NCBI GenBank assembly: GCA_965277285.1
Contig: OZ255721.1
Span: forward strand, 192,001-256,000
Reading direction: 5' to 3'
Origin: Abditibacteriaceae bacterium
GTDB lineage: Bacteria; Armatimonadota; Abditibacteriia; Abditibacteriales; Abditibacteriaceae
DNA length: 64,000 bases
The position numbers and the translations under genes were made by a program. Position 1 is the stretch's first letter. Each line of letters opens with the position of its first letter. Below the pieces are notes generated by a model. It did not search any database and was not told where the DNA came from. It saw only the letters and a list, made by a program, of their open reading frames with translations. Of this stretch, positions 18,247 through 27,358 are shown piece after piece.

Positions 18247-20796
18247 ATGAAACGTCTTGGTTTTTCTGCACGTAATGCGGCTTTGCTGGTGTTTTTCTGC
18301 TTGTTCAGCCTTTGGCTTGTCCAGAGCCAGAGTCAGAGCGTAAAAGCGCAAGACTCGACCACGCCCGATTCAACAACCGCGGGTGCAACGACTTCGGGCG
18401 CAACGACTTCGGGTGCAACGACTTCGGGCGTAACGGAGCCAGGCGGCAAAGTCAAATTGATTGTCTGGGGATTAGCGTCGGGCAAGGAAACGGCGGGGCC
18501 AGATGCTCAGGTGGCCGAGTTCGAGCGGCGCAATCCCGACATCGAAGTGTCGCGTCTCTCGATGGGTGCGGGCGATATGAACCCGCAAAAGCTGATGACT
18601 TCGGTTGTCGGCGGTGTGGCGCCGGACGTTATCAATCAGGATCGCTTTACTGTCGGCGACTGGGCTTCGCGCGACACATTTACACCGCTCGATACTTTTA
18701 TCAACGCGCAGGCAAAAAATGATCCGATGGCGATTCGTCAGGCGAACTATTATCCCGCGACATGGCAGGAAGCGGTTTATAAAGGTCGTCCGTATGCGAT
18801 TCCGACCGGCGTTGATGACCGCTTGTTGTTCTACAATCGCCAAGCTTTCCGCGAAGTTGGCCTGGATCCGAATCATCCGCCGCGCACCTGGGAAGAGCTT
18901 CAGGATTATGCCAAGAAGCTAACGCAACTCAACAAAGATGGCAGTTACAAGCGCATCGGTTTTATCCCGAACTACGGCAACTCGTGGCTGTATTTGTATT
19001 CGTGGCAGAACGGCGGCGAGTTCATGAGTCCTGACGGTCGCACCTGCACCTTGAACAATAAGTACTCGGTAGATGCTTTGAAATACATGGTCAGCGTTTA
19101 CGATGCTTTGGGCGGCTATGACAAAGTCAATGTTTTTCAAAGCAGCTTCCAAAGTAACGAGCAAGACCCATTCTTTACCGGTAAAATTGGCATGGTCATC
19201 AACGGCTCGTGGGTCGTGCCGACTATCGCGCGTTATGCGCCGGGCCTGGATTTTGGAGTCGCGCCGCCGCCAGTTCCCGCCGAGCGTTTGAAAGGCACTG
19301 CAGATAATAAAGGTCGCTTCGCCGGACAACCTCCTTACATTACTTGGATTGGCGGCTACTCGTTCGCTATTCCACGCGGCTCCAAGCATCCTAACGAAGC
19401 TTGGCGCTTTATCAAGTGGATGAATAGTATGGAAGCAGTGCTCATCGGCAGCAATGCCGACAAGAAGTTCAACGAAAGCAAAGGCCGTCCCTACATCTTC
19501 TCGCTTTCCACACAGCCGAAAGTTAATGAGACGCTGCTGAAGGCTTTTCCTCCAGCTAATAAGAACCTTTATGACGCACAAAAGATGTTCATCGACTACT
19601 TGCCTTTGGCCAAGTACCGTCCCGTGACCTTCATCGGCCAAACCTTGTGGGACGAACACGTTCGCGCCTTCGAGCAAGCGGTGACACATGCTCAAACACC
19701 ACAAGATGCCTTGGAAGCTGGTCGCAAAACCGTGCAGCGCGAATTGGATAAATCCTTCGCGCGCGCCAACCTGCCGATTTTCTCTTTTGTCGGCCCTGCT
19801 ATTATTGTCGGTCTCTTAGGTTTGGTTGGCGTGGGCATCGGTGCCATGAACGTGCGTCGTCAGGTACGTCATTCTCGTTTGGCACAGCGTGAAACCATTG
19901 CTGGCTATATGATGGCCGGGCCGTGGATTTTCGGCTTTGTGGCGCTCACATTGGGGCCGATTTTAGCGTCGATGATGATGGCATTTTGTGACTACGATGT
20001 GCTGCATGCGCCTCGTTATCTGGGAGTCGGCAACTTCCAGTTGCTGATGACCGATGATCGCAGTATGTTGCTACACGCTTTGGGAAATGCCGCTTACCTG
20101 GCGATTATTGGCATTCCCTTGGGAATGGGGACGGGGCTTGGCATCGCCATGCTGCTGAACATGAAGGTCAAAGGCATGAAGTGGTATCGGACGGCGTTCT
20201 ACATTCCTTCCATTGTGCCGACGATTGCATCAGCTGCATTATGGCTGTGGGTATTGGCAGGCGACCCTGGCAAGGGCTTAATCAACGCCTTGTGGAATGT
20301 AACGCTGACTCCTTGGTTCGGCTGGTCGCCGCCAGGTTGGTTTGCTGTCGCAGAGTGGGCAAAGCCAGGTTTGGTTATGCAGGGCTTGTGGGGCGCAGGC
20401 GGCGGCATGATTTTGTGGCTGGCTGGTTTGCAGGGAGTGCCACAAAGTCTGTATGAAGCAGCGAGCATTGATGGCGCCAAAGGCTGGGCGCAGTTCCGCC
20501 ATGTCACCTTACCGATGCTGTCACCTTACATCTTCTTCAACCTCATTATGGGCACCATTGGCGCGTTGCAGGAGTTCGACCGCGTTTATGTGTTGGCTGG
20601 TGGAGCGGGCGGAGCCGGGCCACTCGATTCGCTGTTGATGCCGGTCTTGTTCCTGTTCAACAATGCGTTCCGCTATTTCAAGATGGGTTATGCCAGCGCG
20701 ATTGCGTGGATAATCTTCGTCATCATTCTGCTGCTGACCTTGATTCAGTGGCAGGCGCAGAAGTACTGGGTGCATTACGAAACAGACAAGAAGTGA
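18247..20796 (+). CDS. Carbohydrate ABC transporter substrate-binding protein fused to a MalF-type permease
   Basis: SBP_bac_1-like N-terminal part (LFYNRQAFREVGLDP..PPRTWEEL); C-terminal permease with LYEAASIDGA EAA loop. Confidence 0.9.
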   Translation: MKRLGFSARNAALLVFFCLFSLWLVQSQSQSVKAQDSTTPDSTTAGATTSGATTSGATTSGVTEPGGKVKLIVWGLASGKETAGPDAQVAEFERRNPDIEVSRLSMGAGDMNPQKLMTSVVGGVAPDVINQDRFTVGDWASRDTFTPLDTFINAQAKNDPMAIRQANYYPATWQEAVYKGRPYAIPTGVDDRLLFYNRQAFREVGLDPNHPPRTWEELQDYAKKLTQLNKDGSYKRIGFIPNYGNSWLYLYSWQNGGEFMSPDGRTCTLNNKYSVDALKYMVSVYDALGGYDKVNVFQSSFQSNEQDPFFTGKIGMVINGSWVVPTIARYAPGLDFGVAPPPVPAERLKGTADNKGRFAGQPPYITWIGGYSFAIPRGSKHPNEAWRFIKWMNSMEAVLIGSNADKKFNESKGRPYIFSLSTQPKVNETLLKAFPPANKNLYDAQKMFIDYLPLAKYRPVTFIGQTLWDEHVRAFEQAVTHAQTPQDALEAGRKTVQRELDKSFARANLPIFSFVGPAIIVGLLGLVGVGIGAMNVRRQVRHSRLAQRETIAGYMMAGPWIFGFVALTLGPILASMMMAFCDYDVLHAPRYLGVGNFQLLMTDDRSMLLHALGNAAYLAIIGIPLGMGTGLGIAMLLNMKVKGMKWYRTAFYIPSIVPTIASAALWLWVLAGDPGKGLINALWNVTLTPWFGWSPPGWFAVAEWAKPGLVMQGLWGAGGGMILWLAGLQGVPQSLYEAASIDGAKGWAQFRHVTLPMLSPYIFFNLIMGTIGALQEFDRVYVLAGGAGGAGPLDSLLMPVLFLFNNAFRYFKMGYASAIAWIIFVIILLLTLIQWQAQKYWVHYETDKK
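18381..18428 (+). repeat. 15-bp coding tandem repeat (GATTS)x3
   Basis: ggtgcaacgacttcg ggcgcaacgacttcg ggtgcaacgacttcg. Confidence 0.8.
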
Positions 20797-20874
20797 CGCT
20801 ATTGAGTACTCGATTCGACACAGCCCTCAAGCTGAATGTTGAACGGCAAAGTTTGGTTTAGAAAAGGTGCTTCC

Positions 20875-22188
20875 ATGAATGCAGTCCTCTGGTTTTTGGC
20901 TATTGCTTTGAGTTTCGTTGCCAGTATATATGTGCTGGCGGCAATTATAACTTCCATCCGTGCGCTGCAGCCGCCCATGATCGGGCTTTCTCTGGGGCTG
21001 GGGCTGGCTTTTGCATTTGGCGTTTGGGGTTCAATTACCAGTCGTATGCCTCTTGTTTTATGCATCGCGGCTTTTGCAGTAGGGATTGCGGCGGGTGCAT
21101 TAACGCGCCGTTTATCCTCGACACAAGCGCGCGCTGGTCAAACTATTCGTTTATCTGCCGCTCACCTGGCACTGGTTGCAGGTTCGATCATCTTCCTGAT
21201 TCCTTTCGCGTGGCTGATTTCGACTTCACTTAAGCCGGACGATGAAATGGCAGTTTTTCCACCAGTGTGGATTCCGACACAGCAGGTGACGACCAACCGC
21301 GTTCTTAACACGGATTCGGGCAAACCTGCAGGCATTTCGTGGTGGACCAAAGGAGGCAGCAAGATTCGCGTGGCCGAAACCGCTGACTTGCCATCGGGAC
21401 AAGTGCAAGTGCAGCCGATTTCTGAAACCGGTGACAAGACCGGGCAAAGCGCAGTTGCTGACCTCGCCGACCTGACTAAGATTCGTCATGTCTCGCCGCG
21501 TTGGGAAAACTATACCGAGGCGCTGACTTATTTGCCGCCTGAAACGCACTACGGTCTGGTGTTTTTGGGCAACACGTTGATCTTGACGATTCTCTCTACT
21601 ATCGGCACGTTGCTGTCCTCGTCGCTTGTAGCGTACTCGTTTGCACGCTTGCGCTGGCCGGGTAAAAATCTGTTGTTCGTCCTGCTTTTGGCGACGATGA
21701 TGGTGCCGGGCGCCGTTACCATGATGCCTCAGTTTCTGATCTTTCGTTCGCTGGGCTGGATTGACACCTTGCGACCTTTGTGGGTGCCAGCGTTCTTCGG
21801 TTCGGCGTTCAACGTTTTTCTGTTGCGCCAGTTCTTCATGTCGATCCCAACCGAGTTGGAAGACGCCGCCAAAATCGACGGTTGCGGCGCTTTCGGCATC
21901 TATTGGCGCGTCATGCTGCCTTTGGTGAAGCCCGCGCTGGCTTCGGTCTCCATTATGTCGATCATGGGCGCATGGAACAGTTTTCAGGGGCCGCTGATTT
22001 ATCTGTCGTCGCCGGAAAAAATGCCGCTCGCTTATGCTCTGCAGCTTTATCAGACGCAGCACGGCGGCGAACCTGGCCTGATGATGGCGGCTTCGACATT
22101 AGTAGTATTGCCGATCATCGTCCTCTTCTTCTTCACGCAACGTTACTTCATCGAAGGTATTTCGCTTTCCGGTCTGGGCGGACGGTAA
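20875..22188 (+). CDS. Carbohydrate ABC transporter permease (MalG-type) with extra N-terminal TM segments
   Basis: AYSFARL, FLLRQFFMSIPTELEDAAKIDG and QRYFIEG. Confidence 0.92.
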   Translation: MNAVLWFLAIALSFVASIYVLAAIITSIRALQPPMIGLSLGLGLAFAFGVWGSITSRMPLVLCIAAFAVGIAAGALTRRLSSTQARAGQTIRLSAAHLALVAGSIIFLIPFAWLISTSLKPDDEMAVFPPVWIPTQQVTTNRVLNTDSGKPAGISWWTKGGSKIRVAETADLPSGQVQVQPISETGDKTGQSAVADLADLTKIRHVSPRWENYTEALTYLPPETHYGLVFLGNTLILTILSTIGTLLSSSLVAYSFARLRWPGKNLLFVLLLATMMVPGAVTMMPQFLIFRSLGWIDTLRPLWVPAFFGSAFNVFLLRQFFMSIPTELEDAAKIDGCGAFGIYWRVMLPLVKPALASVSIMSIMGAWNSFQGPLIYLSSPEKMPLAYALQLYQTQHGGEPGLMMAASTLVVLPIIVLFFFTQRYFIEGISLSGLGGR

Positions 22189-22200
22189 GCCGAACTGTAA

Positions 22201-22248
22201 ACAACCCAAAGCGCGCTATCGAGTACTCGATAGCGCGCTTTGGGTTGT
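22201..22248. terminator. Perfect 48-bp palindrome centred on TCGAGTACTCGA, probable terminator of the ABC operon
   Basis: acaacccaaagcgcgctaTCGAGTACTCGAtagcgcgctttgggttgt, 13 bp after the stop. Confidence 0.7.
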
Positions 22249-22550
22249 GATTATGCGCAAGGCACTTTGGCGGTCTTAAACCAGCGCGTGCAGCTCGAAT
22301 GAAACATGACAAAGAACTTTAGGTGGCTTGATCGGTGAGAATTTGCGGATAAGCGCGTATTAATTGGAATCGAACGAACCCAAGTTGTTACTTATGAACA
22401 CCTGCCCGTGAACGAGCGGACTAAGAAGACAAAGCCCGCCGCTTCAGCGGCGGGCGTCATCGGTAGGTGGCAGCTTGGGTTAAGTAGCTCACTCATTGAG
22501 CCACTATCGTATTTGAAAGAGTTTGTAGCACGGCACAAAATGATGCAGTG

Positions 22551-22600
22551 AACAAGCAAAGGCGCGCTATCGAGTACTCGATAACGCGCCTTTGCTTGTT
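22551..22600 (-). terminator. 50-bp hairpin centred on TCGAGTACTCGA, probable terminator of the ABC ATPase gene
   Basis: aacaagcaaaggcgcgctaTCGAGTACTCGAtaacgcgcctttgcttgtt; its single mismatch becomes a G-U pair on the minus-strand RNA. Confidence 0.7.
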
Positions 22601-22612
22601 TGGAGCGATGGT

Positions 22613-23782
22613 TTACACAATCGCTAATTTTGTTTCTGTATCGAAGACGTGTGCGGCATTGGCGTCCAGGATGACATCGAGCGGCGTGTTTTCGTGGGCG
22701 CGGGTTTCGGCGCCTACATTGGAGATCAAGGTGTGTTCACCCGAAGTGAGATAAAGCAGCGAAGTCGCGCCCATCGCTTCGACGACATCAACGTTCATCG
22801 TTGTCTCGTTGCCCGCGTCGCCATTATAGGACATCAACGATTTGTCGTGAATATCTTCGGGACGAATGCCCAGCACGACTTTCTTGCCCTGATAACCCGC
22901 CAATCCTCCGCTCCGCGCGGCAGGAATTTTTAACTTGAAAGAGCCGGCATCGACGACGGCGCCATCGTTATCAATCGAGGCGACTTGCGCATCGACAAAG
23001 TTCATTGCAGGCGTTCCCAAAAATCCCGCCACGAACATATTGGCCGGTTCGTGATACAGCTTGAGCGGCGTATCGCATTGCTGCAAAAGGCCGCCTTGCA
23101 TAACCGCGATGCGCTGTCCCATCGTCATCGCTTCCACTTGATCGTGCGTCACGTAAACCGTTGTCACGCCCAATTTACGGTGCAGCTTGATAAGTTCGGC
23201 GCGCGTTTGAACGCGCAGTTGAGCGTCTAAGTTCGATAGCGGTTCATCCATCAAAAAGACTTCGGGATGGCGCACAATGGCGCGTCCCAAAGCGACGCGC
23301 TGGCGTTGTCCGCCGGAAAGCGCCTTGGGTTTGCGGTTGAGCAGGTGCTTGATGCCAAGCAAATCCGCCGTTTCCTGAATGCCCTTGTCTATTTCCTGGC
23401 GGATGCGGCGCGTTTCGCTCATTTGCGTCAGTTGCTGGAACGCGCCCGGCAATTTACGAATTTTCAGGCCGAACGCCATGTTGTCGTAAACGCTCATGTG
23501 CGGATACAGCGCGTAGTTCTGGAACACCATGGCGATATTGCGATCTCCGGGCGGCGCGTCATTGACCACGCGGTCACCGATGCGAATTTCGCCGGACGTG
23601 ACATCTTCCAGTCCAGCGATCATGCGCAAAGCTGTTGTTTTGCCGCAACCCGAAGGCCCGACCAAAACCAGAAACTCACCGTCGCGGATTTCCAAATTCA
23701 AGTCTTTGACCGCTGCAACTTCTTGTTTCGTCGTCGGGTCAGGAAACCGCTTGTTCAAATTGCACAAGGACACACTTGCCAT
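22613..23782 (-). CDS. Sugar ABC transporter ATP-binding protein (MalK/MsmX/UgpC type)
   Basis: GPSGCGKTT, LSGGQRQRVALGRA, MDEPLSNLDA and YVTHDQVEAMT. Confidence 0.95.
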   Translation of the reverse strand: MASVSLCNLNKRFPDPTTKQEVAAVKDLNLEIRDGEFLVLVGPSGCGKTTALRMIAGLEDVTSGEIRIGDRVVNDAPPGDRNIAMVFQNYALYPHMSVYDNMAFGLKIRKLPGAFQQLTQMSETRRIRQEIDKGIQETADLLGIKHLLNRKPKALSGGQRQRVALGRAIVRHPEVFLMDEPLSNLDAQLRVQTRAELIKLHRKLGVTTVYVTHDQVEAMTMGQRIAVMQGGLLQQCDTPLKLYHEPANMFVAGFLGTPAMNFVDAQVASIDNDGAVVDAGSFKLKIPAARSGGLAGYQGKKVVLGIRPEDIHDKSLMSYNGDAGNETTMNVDVVEAMGATSLLYLTSGEHTLISNVGAETRAHENTPLDVILDANAAHVFDTETKLAIV

Positions 23783-24055
23783 AAGAGAGCACTCGTTTTG
23801 TGAAGGATAGCTTAAATATACATCGTCTCAGCACTTTGTGGTAATTGTGGCGTATATTATGGCATACACTGTCGAAAAAACGCCGGACTAAATCTTTCCG
23901 ATTCATCCTTTCGAGTACTCGAATTGAGCAGAACAAAGGGCGTAGCGCGCGACGTTCTGCAGTTTGCAAACCGAACATTGTTACTTCCTTGCGCAGCTTA
24001 CTTCTTGGCACCATGCCAGCAAGAAACTACAACCAAACGATCCGTTGATTCTTTT

Positions 24056-24775
24056 ATGCAGCTTCTCGAGTACTCGAATCCCGACGCCGCGCACCTTTTG
24101 GCGTGCGATCACGCGCTGTTGGATGAACGCGAAACTCTTGGCGGCGACGATGTTCTGGTTTTCTGGGAAGCTACGTCGCCATTTATCGTTTTGGGTTACA
24201 CAGAACACTCAGCGCGCGAAGCCAATCTCGAAGAATGCACGCGAGGAAATATCCCGATTTTGCGGCGTATTAGCGGCGGCGGAACCGTTTTGCAAGGTCG
24301 TGGTTGTCTCAATTATTCCTTAGTTTTGCGCATCGAAAACCATGCGGAATTGTCGAATTTGAGCGATACCAATCGCTTCTTGATGAATCGCACGCGCGAC
24401 GCATTGCAACCTTTGTTGACACCGCAAATTGAGGTTCGCGGCACGTCGGATTTAACTTTCAACGGGCTGAAGTTTTCTGGCAATGCGCAGCGTCGCAAAA
24501 AGAATTTCCTGCTTTTCCACGGCACGTTTTTATATGACTTCGATTTGAGTTTGCTTGGTCGTTTTTTGCAAATGCCATCGCGCCAACCAGATTATCGTAA
24601 GAGTCGCAGCCACCTCGACTTCGTGACAAATCTTCCACTTTCGCCTTATGCCATCAAAGAAGCGCTGCGCCAGGCGTGGAACGCCAATCGAGTACTCGAA
24701 AGCGTGCCGCATCAACGCATCGAACAATTGGCACGCGAGATTTATTCGCAGGACACGTGGAATAGAAAGTTCTGA
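24056..24775 (+). CDS. Lipoate-protein ligase A family protein
   Basis: RRISGGGTV, KFSGNAQ and HGTFLY. Confidence 0.88.
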   Translation: MQLLEYSNPDAAHLLACDHALLDERETLGGDDVLVFWEATSPFIVLGYTEHSAREANLEECTRGNIPILRRISGGGTVLQGRGCLNYSLVLRIENHAELSNLSDTNRFLMNRTRDALQPLLTPQIEVRGTSDLTFNGLKFSGNAQRRKKNFLLFHGTFLYDFDLSLLGRFLQMPSRQPDYRKSRSHLDFVTNLPLSPYAIKEALRQAWNANRVLESVPHQRIEQLAREIYSQDTWNRKF

Positions 24776-24777
24776 AC

Positions 24778-24877
24778 GGTCTTTGGTCTTGGAGCTTTGG
24801 TTTTTGAGTTCCTGATACCAAATAGTTAAGCGTTCGATATCAGTTTCCCAAAGACCAAAGCTCCAAGACCAAAGACC
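24778..24877. repeat. Inverted repeat built of 7-bp units (GGTCTTT / AAAGACC)
   Basis: ggtctttggtcttggagctttgg ... ccaaagctccaagaccaaagacc. Confidence 0.75.
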
Positions 24878-24947
24878 ATTTCAAGTTGTGGCACGCGAAA
24901 CGCGCTAAGGCCGCCGCTTCTTACAAAATTGAATCGCGGAGAACCTT

Positions 24948-25775
24948 ATGAGATTGCAAGATAAAGTCGTGTTGATTACGGGCGCCAGCAGCGGCATTGG
25001 CAAAGGCATCGCCGAACGTTTCGCCGCTGAAGGCGCGCACGTCGCCGTGAACTATTTGCCAGTCGGACACAATGAAGCCGACGCCGAGCAGGAAGTCGCA
25101 ACCTTTGGCACGACCGGAATTGCGACCGCAGCGGATATTTCGCAGCGCGATCAGGTCGAAAAAATGGTCGCCGATGTCGTGGCAAAGTTCGGGCGTCTGG
25201 ACGTTTGTATTAACAACGCGGGCATCGAATTCAAAAAGCCGTTCTTGGAAGTCACCGATGCCGATTGGAACAAGGTCATTGCCGTCAACTTGTTCGGTTC
25301 CTATCTGGTCAGCCAGGCTGCAGCACGCCAGATGGTGCAGCAAAACGGCCTCAATCCCGACGGCACATCGCCCGATTTCACCGATCCCAAAGTTGGCGCC
25401 GAAGGCAGTCAGGGCAAGTTGATTTTTATTTCTTCGGTGCACGAAGACATTCCATTTCCAGGTTATACGGCGTATTGCGCCTCGAAAGGCGGCGTGCGCA
25501 TGATGATGCGCAACATTGCGATGGAACTCGCGCCCTATAAAATCAATTGCAATAATATCGCGCCGGGAGCGATTGCAACACCGATCAACCAGAGCGTTTT
25601 GACCGATCCGCAGGCGATGAAAAACGCGATTACGGAAATCCCGTGGGGACGTTTTGGAACGCCGGATGAAGTCGCGGGCGTCGCCTTGTTCCTGGCCAGC
25701 AGCGATTCGGATTACGTAACGGGCAGCACTTATTACGTTGATGGCGGCCTGACGCAGCAAGTCACGTTGTATTGA
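24948..25775 (+). CDS. SDR oxidoreductase, glucose 1-dehydrogenase-like
   Basis: TGASSGIG, NNAG, SSVHE, YCASKGG and PGAIATPIN. Confidence 0.92.
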   Translation: MRLQDKVVLITGASSGIGKGIAERFAAEGAHVAVNYLPVGHNEADAEQEVATFGTTGIATAADISQRDQVEKMVADVVAKFGRLDVCINNAGIEFKKPFLEVTDADWNKVIAVNLFGSYLVSQAAARQMVQQNGLNPDGTSPDFTDPKVGAEGSQGKLIFISSVHEDIPFPGYTAYCASKGGVRMMMRNIAMELAPYKINCNNIAPGAIATPINQSVLTDPQAMKNAITEIPWGRFGTPDEVAGVALFLASSDSDYVTGSTYYVDGGLTQQVTLY

Positions 25776-25805
25776 GAAGCAGGGATGAGAGGAAAGGGAT
25801 GAGTT

Positions 25806-25833
25806 GTACGGGCGAGGCATGCCTCGCCCGTAC
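25806..25833. repeat. GTAC-type REP, perfect 28-bp palindrome
   Basis: gtacgggcgaggcatgcctcgcccgtac. Confidence 0.7.
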
Positions 25834-25904
25834 GTCGCGCCCTGAATATCAAACCATCCCTTTCCCTTCATTCCTCGTTATCGAGTACTCGAAAGTGAAA
25901 TCTT

Positions 25905-27167
25905 ATGACACAAGAAGCTACACAAAAGAAAAAAGTCGTCGTAATTGGGATGGGTTTCGGTGGATTGCGCGCCGTGCAACATCTCGAAGGCCATGGCATG
26001 GACATTTTGGCGCTCGACCGTCGCAATTTTCACTTGTTTCAGCCGCTGTTGTATCAAGTCGCTACGGCGATGCTGGAGCAGGAAGCGATTGCGTCCTCGT
26101 TGCGCGCGCTGACGCACAAGTGGAAAGACACGCGCTTTGAAATGTCGGAAGTGCAAAGCGTCGACCTGGACAAAAAAGTCATTCACACGCCGTCGCGCGA
26201 AATTCCCTACGATTATTTAGTTGTTGCAGCCGGCAGTGTGACCAATTTTTTCAACAACGAAGCGATTCAAAAGAACGCTTTCGACTTGAAGCAGTTGGAC
26301 GATGCTGTGAAATTGCGCAACCACATCCTGAGCGTTTATGAAGACGCAGTGAAAGAAGCCGACGCTGCCAAGCGCGCCGCCCTGATGACGTTTGTCATTG
26401 TCGGCGGCGGCCCAACCGGAGTCGAATTCGCGGGCGCTCTGGCCGAACTGACGCAAACCATTCTGAACAAAGATTATCCCGAACTTGACGTGAAACGCAG
26501 CCGCATTATTCTGGTCGAAGCGCACGAATGCGTTTTGGCGATGTTTCCCCGACGCTTGCAACAATATGGCGAACGTCGCTTAAAGCGAATGGGCGTGCAG
26601 ATTCGCTTCAACTCGTATGTGACGGACGCCACGCCGGAAATTGTGACATTGAAAGACGGCACGCAGATTCCGGCACGCACGCTTTTCTGGGCGGCTGGTG
26701 TTCGCACGGCGCCTTTAGCGGACGCGATTCCTGCGCCCAAAGCCAAAGCCGGACGCATCATCGTGCAGCCCGATTTGACGATCAAAGATCATCCCGAAGT
26801 GTTCGTCATCGGCGACATGGCGTATCTCGAGCAAAACGGCGACGCTTTGCCAATGGTCGCACCGGTCGCCATGCAAGGTGGCGTTTACGCAGCGGAGACG
26901 ATCCTCAAGCGCGAGAAAGGCGAAATGGTCAAACCGTTTCACTTTTTTGATAAAGGTTCGATGGCGGTTATCGGGCGCGGTTCGGCTGTCGCTTCGGCCT
27001 TTGGAATCAGCTTGCAGGGGTTTTTCGCGTGGCTGGCATGGCTGGGATTGCACTTGTTTTATCTGGTCGGTTTTCGCAACCGCTTATTCACGCTGGTCAA
27101 CTGGGTGTATGAGTTTTTGTTTTATGATCGCCAGGTGCGACTAATCACACGCAACGACGATAAATAA
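25905..27167 (+). CDS. ndh: Type II NADH:quinone oxidoreductase
   Basis: GMGFGG, HLFQPLLYQVAT, GGGPTGVEFAG, WAAGV, IGD and DKGSMAVIGR. Confidence 0.92.
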   Translation: MTQEATQKKKVVVIGMGFGGLRAVQHLEGHGMDILALDRRNFHLFQPLLYQVATAMLEQEAIASSLRALTHKWKDTRFEMSEVQSVDLDKKVIHTPSREIPYDYLVVAAGSVTNFFNNEAIQKNAFDLKQLDDAVKLRNHILSVYEDAVKEADAAKRAALMTFVIVGGGPTGVEFAGALAELTQTILNKDYPELDVKRSRIILVEAHECVLAMFPRRLQQYGERRLKRMGVQIRFNSYVTDATPEIVTLKDGTQIPARTLFWAAGVRTAPLADAIPAPKAKAGRIIVQPDLTIKDHPEVFVIGDMAYLEQNGDALPMVAPVAMQGGVYAAETILKREKGEMVKPFHFFDKGSMAVIGRGSAVASAFGISLQGFFAWLAWLGLHLFYLVGFRNRLFTLVNWVYEFLFYDRQVRLITRNDDK

Positions 27168-27211
27168 AAATCGCCGCGAAGGACGCAAAGGGAAGAAGGA
27201 AAGAATCGTCG

Positions 27212-27291
27212 TAAAAGTTCGTCATTCTGAGCGCAGCGAAGAATCTAACTGTAACCAGATTCTTCGCTGCGCTCAGAATGACGAACTTTTA
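27212..27291. repeat. GTCATTCTGAG..CTCAGAATGAC hairpin repeat
   Basis: taaaagttcgtcattctgagcgcagcgaagaatct ... agattcttcgctgcgctcagaatgacgaactttta. Confidence 0.85.
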
Positions 27292-27358
27292 ATCTGCAGT
27301 ACTCGATTCTTTTTCTTCGCGCTCTTCGCGGTTAAATCCTTTTGAGTACTCGAACATT

